From assembly GCA_951406725.2 (NCBI GenBank), contig OX597838.1, positions 13,702,001-13,766,000 on the forward strand: a stretch of DNA of 64,000 nucleotides, given 5' to 3'. Positions 27,229 to 39,400 of this stretch are shown here, piece by piece (the first letter of the stretch is position 1; every line of letters starts with the position of its first letter). Origin of the DNA: Octopus vulgaris (taxonomy: Eukaryota). Under the pieces are notes generated by a model. It was not told the DNA's origin and searched no databases. It saw only the letters and a program-made list of their open reading frames with translations. The translations under genes and the position numbers were made by a program.

Positions 27229-30170
27229 AAACTTAGGCCTTAGGATTACCTTAGACTCGAACTTAACCAAAGCTAACTTCCTTGACGTTACCCTCGATTT
27301 AGAAACCTTCCTTTATTACCCGTACCATAAACCTAATGAATCCCTTAGATACATAGACATTAATTCTAACCACCCCAAAAATATATTAGACAACGAATTA
27401 GATGGTCTTTTTCGACCACCCTGATGTAGCATCTACCAATAATGAAATGTACGGCTTCAAATCTAATAAGGCTCCTCCCACCAACAGCCTACTTGAACCC
27501 TTTGAAGAAGACCTCTTCCTTATGATAAAAAATATCAAATTCAGGAAAGTCAACCTACCTTTCCAAACGGACCTTAATGAGAAACTCTCGAAAATGAAAA
27601 GCTCCCCGCACCTCCATGTCCCTTCCGACAAAACAAAAAATATTTACGCGGTGATTCCCGATACCTACAACAGACTGGCTGATAACGCCATCACAGCTAA
27701 GTACAAAAAAGTTGATGACACGGCTTTAACTGAAAGTAACTTAGCCGGGAAGAAGATCGCCACTTCCCTTAAACTGGATGACCGAACAGAACCTCTGAGG
27801 GTGAAGTCCCCACACTTCACCCTGAAAGACCACAAAAACAATTTCGACAATAAACCATCGGTCCGACTGATTAACCCAACCAAGTCTGACATTGGATCTG
27901 TCAGTAAGAAGATCCTGGACAGGATTTTACCTAAAATACGTGAAGCATCACCCCTTCCACTCTGGAATAGGACTTCCGAGGAAATAACTTGGTTCCGAGA
28001 TTTATCTGACAAGAGCAACACCCGCTTCCTACAATTAGATATCTAGGAATATTACGCCTCTATATCGGAGAGCCTGCTGATTGACATGATTAACTTCGCT
28101 AGGACCTTCTCCACCATCACCGAAGCCGAGCAGGATGTGATCCTCCATGCACGTAAGACCTTTCTTTACCATGACGGATCCCACTGGATCAACAAAAAAT
28201 CCTAGACCCCCTTCAACGTCAGCATGGGTGCTAGCGACTCGGCTGAAATAAGTGACCTTGTGGGCCTAGTCATCCTCCATAGGTTGAAGACCCTATTCAC
28301 AGGCCTCTCCGGTGGTCTCTACCGCGATGATGGCCTTTTTGCCCTCCACAAAATAAACCCTAGGACCACGAATGGGTTCCGGAAAAACCTTTATACTTTT
28401 TTTAAAAACTTAGGCCTTAGGATTACCTTAGATTCGAACTTAACCAAAGCTAACTTCCTTGACATTACCCTCGATTTAGAAACCTCCCTTAAATCGCCAC
28501 TTCCCTTAAACTGGATGACCGAACAGAACCTCTGAGGGTGAAGTCCCCACACTTCACCCTAAAAGACCACAAAAACAATTTCGACAATAAACCATCAGTT
28601 CGACTGATTAACCCAACCAAGTCTGACATTGGATCCGTCAGCAAGAAGATCCTGGACAAGATTATACCTAAAATACATGAAGCATCACCCCTTCCACTCT
28701 GGAATAGGACTTCCGAGGCAATAACTTGTTTCCGGGATTTACCTGACAAGAGCAACACCCGCTTCCTACAATTAGATATCGAGGAATATTACGCCTCTAT
28801 ATTGGAGAGCCTGCTGATTGACGCGATTAACTTCGCTAGGACCTTCTCCACCATCACTGAAGCTGAGCAAGATGTGATCCTCCATGCACGTAAGACCTTT
28901 CTTTACCATGACAGATCCCACTGGATCAACAAAAAATCTGAGACACCCTTCAACGTCAGCATGGGTGCTAGCGACTCGGCTGAAATAAGTGACCTTGTGG
29001 GCCTAGTCATCCTCCATAGGTTGAAGACCCTATTCACAGGCCTCTCCGGTGGTCTCTACCGCGATGATGGCCTTTTTGCCCTCCACAAAATAAACCCTAG
29101 GATCACGAATGGGTTCCGGAAAAATCTTTATACTTTTTTTAAAAACTTAGGCCTTAGGATTACCTTAGATTCGAACTTAACCAAAGCTAACTTCCTTGAC
29201 ATTACCCTCGATTTAGAAACCTCCCTTAAACTGGATGACCAAACAGAACCTCTGAGGGTGAAGTCCCCACACTTCACCCTAAAAGACCACAAAAACAATT
29301 TCGACAATAAACCATCAGTCCGACTGATTAACCCAACCAAGTCTGACATTGGATCCGTCAGCAAGAAGATCCTGGACAAGATTATACCTAAAATACGTGA
29401 AGCATCACCCCTTCCACTCTGGAATAGGACTTCCGAGGCAATAACTTGGTTCCGGGATTTACCTGACAAGAGCAACACCCGCTTCCTACAATTAGATATC
29501 GAGGAATATTACGCCTCTATATTGGAGAGCCTGCTGATTGACGCGATTAACTTCGCTAGGACCTTCTCCACCATCACTGAAGCCGAGCAAGATGTGATCC
29601 TCCATGCACGTAAGACCTTTCTTTACCATGACAGATCCCACTGGATCAACAAAAATCCGAGACACCCTTCAACGTCAGCATGGGTGCTAGCGACTCGGCT
29701 GAAATAAGTGACCTTGTGGGCCTAGTCATCCTCCATAGGTTGAAGACCCTATTCACAGGCCTCTCCGGTGGTCTCTACCGCGATGATGGCCTTTTTGCCC
29801 TCCACAAAATAAACCCCAGGACCACGAATGGGTTCCGGAAAAACCTTTACACTTTTTTTAAAAACTTAGGCCTTAGGATTACCTTAGATTCGAACTTAAC
29901 CAAAGCTAACTTCCTTGACGTTACCCTCGATTTAGAAACCTCCCTTTATTACCCGTACCATAAACCTAATGAATCCTTTAGATACATAGACATTAATTCC
30001 AACCACCCCAAAAATATATTAGACAACCTAGTGAAAAGTGTCTCCATTAGGATATCTAGCCTCTCTGTCACCGAGGATATCTTTAATGCCGCAGCCCCCT
30101 ATTACGAGGCCCTGGCCCGCAGTGGCTTTAGAGATAAGATCACCTACATTACTTTTTCCGAAGCCCATCC
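27229..30170 (+). mobile_element. Penelope-like (Naiad-like) RT, family 2, with a tandemly triplicated RT core of about 720 bp
   Basis: Three copies of TLKDHK...RLINPTKSDIG...LDIEEYY...MGASDSAE...GLYRDDGL...NFLD; ctggatgacc recurs at about 27774, 28511 and 29231. Confidence 0.9.
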
Positions 30171-31841
30171 AGCATCCGACAGCAACTGCCCTGATAAGAC
30201 TACTTGCCCAGGACATGACAAACTGTGTCATATTAGACCAGTAACTGACAAACTTTCTGAGACATGCTTGGAAAACTACAATCCTCATAAAGAACAGTCC
30301 ATTGATTAAGGAATGATAACCTTCAAAGGAAGACTGTCATTCAAACAGTACTTACTGGCCAAACCCACAAAATTTGGAATAAAAGTATGGGAGCGTGCTT
30401 CACCGAACAATGGATACGTATGGTGAAGGACCTAACTTGGAAATTGATTGGAAAATCGCATGTGATTTACATGGACAATTTTTTATCAAGCCCAGAACTG
30501 AATGCTTGTTACATGAAAAGATCTACTCTTGTGGCACTGTTGGAATAAATCGCCGTGGAATGCCAGAAGCCATCAGAAGTGCCAAATTAAAGAACAGAGG
30601 AGAATCCCTTACAATGCAGAAAGGCAACCTAGTAGCAACAGCATGGAAAGACAAGAAGATTGTGACTTACCCAAGCACAAACTGCGATCCTACACGGAGT
30701 AGTGCAAAGACGTCAAAAGGATGGGACCCTAAAGGATGTGTCAGCTCCAAGTGTTTCCGAGCTATACAACAAATATATGTTTGGTGTAGACTTGGCTGAC
30801 CAAAAGAGGCTGCAGTATTCCACTTGCAGAAAAGCCAAAAAAATGGTACAAGTACTTGTTTTGGTTTTGTTTTGATCTTGCACTTGGCAATTCCTTGATT
30901 TGCATGCAAGAATCGCCAAATCATAAGCTGCTGACCAAAACAAACAAGGAAAAAAAGAGAACGCAGTTGGACTTCAGAATGGCATTGGCGCAGCAGATGA
31001 TCGGAACATTCAGAGGAAGTAGAAAGCATAGGGCACCTGGAATGACGGGAAATTGTGAGGATGCACATTGGCCCATTCAATTTGAAAGAGCTGGACGATG
31101 TAAGGGATGTGCAAAGCAGAACAAGAGACACGAAGTCTCTACTGGATGCAGACAATGTAATGTTAGACTGAGCATAAAGAATGACTGCTTTTGCAAGTAC
31201 CACCAAGAACCGTTAAAATGAATTAATTACACTTATTGTGTATATTTCAAGGAATGCTATGTAAATATTGTAAATGAATGCCATTTTTGAAATAATTAAC
31301 TTTTGGGGGTTTATAAAACTGAATTTATAAAATATTCCAATAAATAAATGAGACGCTGCCAGCTACCACCAATCAACAAAAAGGCTGGCCAGGCAGAAAA
31401 AACCCTGCAAGAGTCAAGTCTGTTGGTTCGAGGAGCACAACTATTCAACTCCATTCCGGTACATGTCAGAAATCTATCAGGATGCAGTGTGGAATCATTC
31501 AAATTGCAGCTGGATAGATACTTAAGCACCATTAGAGATGAACCCCATCTCCCAGGATATACACAACGAGCACAAACTGACTCAAACTCGCTCCTACACA
31601 TGTCAAAATTAAACAGAGAATACAACCTGGCAACCACACCAGACTCTGAGGGTGGAGTCTTCGACTTGGCCTGAGCATGGACTCAAACTCAAATGAAATG
31701 AAATTGCGAGTTTTATGTGTGTACCATTCATTCCAGCAGCAAAATATCTCTGGTAATTAACCCTCACACTGCTGCTGCAGTGAGAGATAAGAACTGTGTA
31801 GTAGTGAACAGCCAGATTGGCTATGATAGATAAGAGGTTAA
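30171..31841 (+). mobile_element. piggyBac transposase fragment with 3' end
   Basis: DKLCHIRP, SID*GMITFKGRLSFKQY..KPTKFGIKVW, W.DKK.V, C-terminal Cys-rich domain (to 31221); terminates ...agaggTTAA at 31841; interrupted by a LINE tail. Confidence 0.88.
31345..31703 (+). mobile_element. CR1-group LINE 3' end
   Basis: GAQLFNSIPVHVRNLSGCSVESFKLQLDRYLSTIRDEP...SNSL; (GAAAT)n tail. Confidence 0.8.
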
Positions 31842-32640
31842 TGAAATTGTACTTAATAAGGCCCTAATATATGCAATGAATAAGGTGGAAATGACCAAGG
31901 ATGAAGTTAAAGTAGTAAAAATGGCCAGAAAATCATTTATCAGGTATAATAATAAATTGTGGTCTAGGAAAGACACCAGGGATTTTTTTTGATATCCCTA
32001 TGGGAGCACCAGATTCCGCACAGGTTACAGACTATTAGGGATTTACTTATTAGCAGAACTCCAATTAGAAAATTAATATATTGGAGGGTAAATAACAGGT
32101 ATAACCCAACCTTATCATAAAATTAACAAAAACCTGGAATATATTAATGCTAAGAGTAACCATCCACCTTCAATTAAGAAAGCATTAGCAAATAATATAG
32201 GGAAAAGAATTTCATTACTTTCTTCCAACTATGGGATATTCAATAAATATGCACCATATTATAATGAAGCACTTCATAAGGCAGGATATAACAATAATAT
32301 TTTAAAGAAAACAATAAATATAAGGACATATTTTCTAGCAATAAATTTGGAGTTGGTTATTCTACCACTAATGTTGGCAATATCATTTCATCCTTTAATA
32401 AATTTAAATTTAATAAGTTTTATAATAATAAATTAATACCTCCAATGGAGACCAGAATACAATTGATTGTAATTGTAGAGATAAGACTAAATGTAAATTT
32501 AATAAATGTAATGTTGAGGATGTAGTATATAAATGTATTGTGATTTTGAATGGTAACAAATACTTACATAGGATCGACTTCCAATAAAACTAAATCACAG
32601 GTGGCCCAACATATGAATTCTTTTAAGAACAGAAATTTGG
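31842..32640 (+). mobile_element. Penelope-like (Naiad-like) RT/GIY-YIG remnant, family 3
   Basis: MARKSF...FDIPMGSTDSAQVTD, SNHPPSI, CNCRDK..C, VVYKC...YIGST. Confidence 0.75.
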
Positions 32641-32945
32641 GCAAGAGTTTTCTACTATAGCCTCAGGCTGACCATTGTGAATGGATTTGATAAATGGAAA
32701 CTGAAAGAAGCCAGTCGTGAGTGTGTATTTATGTGTGCATGTCTGTGTTTGTCCCATCATTGCTTGACAAACGATGCTGGTGTGATTATGTCCCTGTAAC
32801 TTAGCAATATGGCAAAAGAGACTAAAAGAATTAAGTATTAGGCTTTTACAAAAAATAAGGCCTGGGGGTCAATTCCATTGGTGAAAACCCTTTCAGGTGG
32901 TGCCCCAACATGGCTGCAGTGAAATAGGTCATACAATAAAAGAAT
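32641..32945 (+). mobile_element. Degenerate tRNA-head SINE (family A) at the cluster boundary
   Basis: Similar to 43790-44125. Confidence 0.65.
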
Positions 32946-33412
32946 ACGCAAATTTGGTCGATACTGGAACTGAATGGAAAGTGGTGGGAATAAGTGGAAT
33001 GGGGATAATTATAGGAATATTTTTTAGGAGTGGGGGGGGGGTATTAATTAGGTGAAAGAGGGCTGAAGAAGGGTAGAGAGGATTTTATCATGAGAATAGT
33101 GGAAAAACTTTCAAAATTTAAATTAAACTAACACACAAGTGCATTTTTTTTTAACACGCAAAATTCAACCATGAATCAGGACCGAAAATCTTGCCAGCCT
33201 GGCAGGGTTTGTGCGTGTCTTATACAGAAATGGAGCATGCAAAATTTGTAGTCATAAAGGTTATAAACCTTATTATACAACAGACAGCATTTGAAAAGTA
33301 AAGGAAAAAAAAACAAAAAACAAAAACAATAACAAACGGGATTCCAGAAACTTCCCTGCTGCTGTGAAGTATCAGACAAATGCTTGTAGACAACTCGGAT
33401 AAAAACCTGGTT

Positions 33413-33493
33413 TCATTCAATCTTGCTGTTCTCCATTTGTTTCGTACTCGGAATATAAACTTTGAAGGAGAAATTTGACCGTGAAAAGGATCC
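33413..33493 (-). CDS. POLE2: POLE2 exon 15 (last coding exon)
   Basis: [26 protein letters not shown]; TGA at 33415-33413. Confidence 0.96.
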   Translation of the reverse strand, partial: GSFSRSNFSFKVYIPSTKQMENSKIE

Positions 33494-36400
33494 CTGAAAA
33501 TATAATTAAAAAACAATCAATAAGTTGATAATATTAAACATACTCTTTTACTTGTTTCAGTCATTTGACTGCGGCCATGCTGGAGCACCGCCTTTAGTCG
33601 AGCAAATCGACCCCGGGACTTATTCTTTGTAAGCCCAGTACTTATTCTATCGGTCTCTTTTGCCGAACCGCTAAGTGACGGGGACGTAAACACACCAGCA
33701 TCGGTTGTCAAGCAATGCTAGGGGGACAAACATAGACACACAAACACATACATACATATATACGACAGGCTTCTTTCAGTTTCCGTCTACCAAATCCACT
33801 CACAAGGCATTGGTCGGCCCGGGGCTATAGCAGAAGACATTCGCCCAAAATGCCACGCATTGGGACTGAACCCGGAACCATGTGGTTGGTTAGCAAGCTC
33901 CTTACCACACAGCCACTCCTGCGCCTATGGATGTTTTCCTTAAAAAAAAAGTCCTCAAATACTCCATGCAGCCTCTGTGTGTGTCATGGACTCTCCCATT
34001 GTTAGATGATTTACGAGGGTTTGGCAATTTCTTGCCAAACAACCACACATGATTTGTTTATAGTGATCAAATGCTTGTGTTCACACAAGCTCTCTCCCTC
34101 CATCATATGGACATTACCTGTACAGGTGCACCCTGTGCCACATGACGAAATGATCGCAGAGCAACATGAAATGAAGTGCTTTGCTCAAGAACACAATGCA
34201 ACGTGCAGTCTGGGAATCAAACCCACAATCTCGCAATATATATATAAGATATAAATAATGGTAATTACATATTTTTATTGCAGTAAATTTGACTTACAGC
34301 CGTTTCCAGTAATCATTATAGTTACATTATTGATAGATAGATAGATTTGCTTAATCAGTCCACTGATTTGTTGGGAAAAATTGAACAACCTAAAAAATTA
34401 ATACTACTTTTGTCTGAGTCATTTCTGGTTATCTGATCAAATGATTTTCTTTTGTTAAACTGACATGAATTGACGTCTCCTAATCACGAGATTTCTACTA
34501 GAGGTCTTTGTGGGCAACCTATCAATAACAAACCTATAATGACTACTGGAAACAGATGTATGGCAAACTTACTGCAATATCTCCTCAAAGACATACAGCA
34601 TCTCGAAAGAGTCCAGAAGCTGGCTACCCGCATGGTTCATGGTCTCAAAAATTTGTCTTATGAAGAAAGGCTGAGGACGCTCGACCTTTATTCTCTAGAA
34701 AAAGGCCGCCACCGTGGTGATCTCATTCTCACTCACAACATCATAAGCGGAAAGTGTAACCTCTCGAAAGAGCTGTTCTTCACTCCTGCTCCAGAGCGTC
34801 GGCTGCGGGGTCATTCCGAAAAGCTCTACCTGCACCGATTTCATCTCAATCGAAGGAGAGGAGCTTTCTCTGTCCGGGTTGCGAATCCGTGGAACAAGCT
34901 GCCAGACGACCGCTTTGTTCAAAGTCTCCCTTGACCTCAAGTGGCCTGAACTCTTTACATGAACACCACCCTGTACTTAACTCCATGTCCCCCTACATGG
35001 CCTTGCTATTTGCTTTTGAGCCAAATTAACTAACTAACTAAAGGAAAATTACGCAATGACCATTATTTAAAACTTGTTTTGTGTATCATTGTGTAAAAGA
35101 CCAGTATAACCAGAGCACAACCACAAATTTACAATATAGAATGGTGATGAACTATAGCCTTGAACTCTGCCACAAGAATACACAGAGTTCTTTACAATAT
35201 TGTTAGCCTGGTGTATTAACAGAGAGCTTATAAAGTATTTTGATAATTCCCCACTAATAACTCACGTGTTTGCATGTGTGTGTGTGTGTAAGGTGGAAAG
35301 CCTGTGAGATAACAACACAACAAAACTTAACGTGTTACTTACGGGATTTGTTATGATGCAGTCAAGAGAATTTACTGTGAAACCATCATATTTGCCAGCG
35401 CATACAAGTAGATCTGGCAAGGGGTAGAGTTGCAAGCCACAGTCATAGGCCCAATAAACTGGACATACATGAAGCGGTAGTGGACAGAGGTGACCCTGGG
35501 ACACTATAGTTTTAGCAAACTGTAAAAGGAAGAAATAAATAATGGTCAGAAATCAGATTATATATATATTTACATACGAAGGAAGCAACGTCTCGAGAAA
35601 TCCGGTCCAACACAAACTTGGAAAAATGGACATAAAAACAATATTATAAAGCTGATTATGCAAACACAATAAGACCGAATCAGCGTAGGAGTGGCTGTGT
35701 GGTAAGTAGCTTGCTTACCAACCACATGGTTCCGGGTTCAGTCCCACTGTGTGGCACCTTGGGCAAGTGTCTTCTACTATAAGCCTCAGGCCGACCAAAG
35801 CCTTGTGAGTGGATTTGGTAGACGGAAACTGAAAAGAAGCCCATCGTATATATGTATATATATGTGTGTGTGGGTGTGTGTTTTGTCCCACCAACATCGC
35901 TTGAGAACCAATGTTTGTGTGTTTACGTCCCTGTAACTTAGCGGTTCGGCAAAAGAGACTGATAGAATAAGTACTGGGCTTACAAAGAATAAGTCCTGGG
36001 GTCGATTTTCTCAACTAAAGGCGGTGCTCCAGCATGGCCACAGTCAAATGACAAACAAATAAAAGAGTAAAGAGAGCATCATCATCACTGTACCTCTACT
36101 TTTATGTGCTTGTATGAACAGACAGAGTTTATCGAAGCAAATTTTCTATGTCCAGATACCATTCCTGTTGCCAGGCTATTTCCTTCTGTTTTATCTTTAT
36201 GGTACACCTATCTTAAGTGCATTAAGTTCGACTGATAGATAATTCAGTAATTTGTACAATTCTACTATATTTTGACAAATTAAACTCAAATGTTGAAGCG
36301 AATCGAACGGCTTTTGTGTGTTTCTTAAATGGCTTACAAACACCTTCCACGCTGCAATTGCTTTTGTTTCAGCACACAATCTCAGATCAAATCACTTGCT

Positions 36401-39400
36401 ATGCAAGTACGTCTCCGTAATATATATATATATAAACAATTGCAGCGTGGAAGGTGTTTATAAGTCATTTAAGAAACACACAAAAGCCGTTCGATTCACT
36501 TCAACATTTAAGTTTAATTTGTCAAAATATTTTCGTCGCTAAAACTTAAATGTTGAAGTGAATCGAACGGCTTTTGTGTGTTTCTTAAATGGCTTACAAA
36601 CACCTTCCATGCTGCAATAGTTTTCGTTTCAGCACACAATCTCAGATCAGGTCACTTGCTATGCAAGTACGTCTCCGTAAATCTATATTAAGATTTTGTT
36701 GTAAACTCATTTTCTATGCTGGTGTTTCAACAAAATTTTAATAATTTTACATTTTGATAAATTTACCTATAACGAGATAAAAATTATGAAAAAGATTTGG
36801 TTAAGAGCCTTTTGTTAAATTACTCTCTTTTACTAGTTTCAGTCATTTGACTGTGGCCATGCTGGAGCACATCATTATATATACATACATACATGGTCCA
36901 ACCCATGCTAGCATGGAAAGCAGACGTTAAACGATGATGATGATAACATACATACATATATATACACACACACACACACATATACGACGGGCTTCTTTCA
37001 GTTTCCGTCTACCAAATCCACTCAAGGCTTTGGTCGGCCCGAAGGTATAGTAGAAGACACTTGCCCAAGGTGCCATGCAGTGGGACTGAACCCAGAACCA
37101 TGTGATTCGTAAGCAAGCTACTTACCACACAGCCACTCTTATGCCTGTTTAAAAAAAAAATCACATTTGTATGTTCACAGATACAAAAGTTAGTTCTTTT
37201 ATTAAACCAGTCTAAATTCACGATTATTTAAATGAAACACATAAGGGGCATATTTTAGTTAGAAATATAGCAACGAAAGGGTCAAGAGAACCAGCCACCC
37301 CACAAAATGGCACATAGTAAAATTGAATCCATGACTTAAGAGTTGTTAGTTCTTTCCTTTATTTTTAGATGCCATTCACAAATCAATTTCAATTATAGTC
37401 AGCAGAAATCATCATCATCATCATTTAGCGGTCCGCTTTCCATGCTAGCATGGGTTAGACGGTTCAACTGGGGTCTGGAAAGCCAGAAGGCTGCACCAGG
37501 CCCAGTCTGATCTGGTAATGTTTCTACGGGTTGAATGCCCTTCCTAACACCAACCACTCCGTGAGTGTAGTGGGTGCTTTTTACGTGCCACCCAGCACAG
37601 GTGCCAGACGGATCTGGGCAGTTTATTGATGGAAGTGAGAAAAGCAATACCACTCCAGTTATCATCATCATCGTTTAGCGTCCGCTTCCCATGCTAGCAT
37701 GGGTTGGACGGTTCAACTGGGGTCTGGAAAGCCAGAAGGCTGCATCAGGCCCAGTTTGATCTGGCAATGTTTCTACGGCTAGATGCCCTTCCTATTGCCA
37801 ACCACTCCGTGGGTGTAGTGGGTGCTTTTTACGTAAGATATGAGAGAAATACTTACATGAGTAGGTACATCACCAGAGGTAGGGAATCTGATACAGCTGC
37901 GACAAAGCTTGGTAACGATATCTTCTCGAAAGACAACAATCTCTTGTGTGCAGTATTGGATCCGACAAGGATTGCTGGTGAATATTGCATGAGGGATTTT
38001 CTTCCGGAAATATTCTGTGATAGAGTTGGGAATGGCAGGTCTGCAAATCAAAAGGCAAAGAAATGTGAAAGATTCCATAAAGACACAGGTTGTGTGGTGG
38101 TTAAGAAGGCCCACTTTACAAGTATAAGGTTTTGGGTTCAGTCCCACTGCACAGCATCTTGGGTAAGTGTGGTGTACTAACCCTCAGGTAGGCTAATGCC
38201 TTGTGAGTGAATGTGGCAGGTAGAAAGTGTATGGAAGCCTACTGTCACTTGACAACCAGTGTTGGTTTGTTTACATCCCTGTAACATAGCAGTGTAGCAA
38301 AAGAGGCTAATAGTATGAGTAACAGACTGAGAAATATATAGTGTTCAATTTGCCTGACTAAACACTTCAAGTAGTACCCTACTATGGCCACAGTCCAATG
38401 ACCAATACAAGTAAAAGATAAAAACAAAAAAAGAGAAAAGTTAATTAAACATGGGTGTAAGGTATGGTCATACAGCTAAGAAGTTCACTTCTCAACCAAG
38501 TGGTTCTATGTTTGGCCCCACTGTGGAGTACTTTGAGTGCTTTCTGCCATAACCGTGGGTGGACTGATATTTTGTGGAATAGAATTTGGTAGAAGGAAGC
38601 AATGCAAAAACCTGCTGCCAGTGTGTTTGTGAGTATCAATGTGTTAGAAAAATTAAGTATTGTTCAGCACCAGGTGAAACACGTGGTTAAACAAAAGCAT
38701 TGTAGTCACAACCATCAATCACTTCACAGGAATACTTTAACATATATGCCATTATTTAACCCTTTAGCATTTAAACTAGCCATAAAAAAATTCTATCTTA
38801 TGTACAAACTGGCCAGATCCAGCCTCTCACACCTACCCTACAATGTCATTCCAAAAATAATCACATCACTGAAATTAATAGATATGAGATAATGCAGGAT
38901 TAATTTTATAAAATGTGAATATTACATTTGATAGAGTAATCATCATCATCATTTAGCGTCCGCTTTCCATGCTAGCATGGGTTGGATGGTTCAACTGGGG
39001 TCTGGGAAACCAGAAAGCTGCATCAGGCCCAGTCTGAATCTGGCAATGTTTCTACGGCTGGATGCCCTTCCTAACGCCAACCACTCCGTGGGTGTAGTGA
39101 GTGCTTTTTACGTGCCACCCACACAGGTGCCAGTAATCTGAATGCTAAGACAATACAGGTGTGGTTTGAGGGAGATTTAGCTGCATTTTCTAACAGGTTG
39201 CCCTCATCACCATCATCATGTAACATCTACCTTCCATCAACATGTGTGCTTGAAAATGAAGAAAATTTATTTGGTGTTTCCTAACCTTTTTTCCATGTAA
39301 TACCCCAGGATAGCTTTGAATATCAAATCGTCTTAGCGTTTCCTTTGTTTTAACCATTTAAACCAACCATATCCGGCCCAAATATTCTACTTGTTTTATG

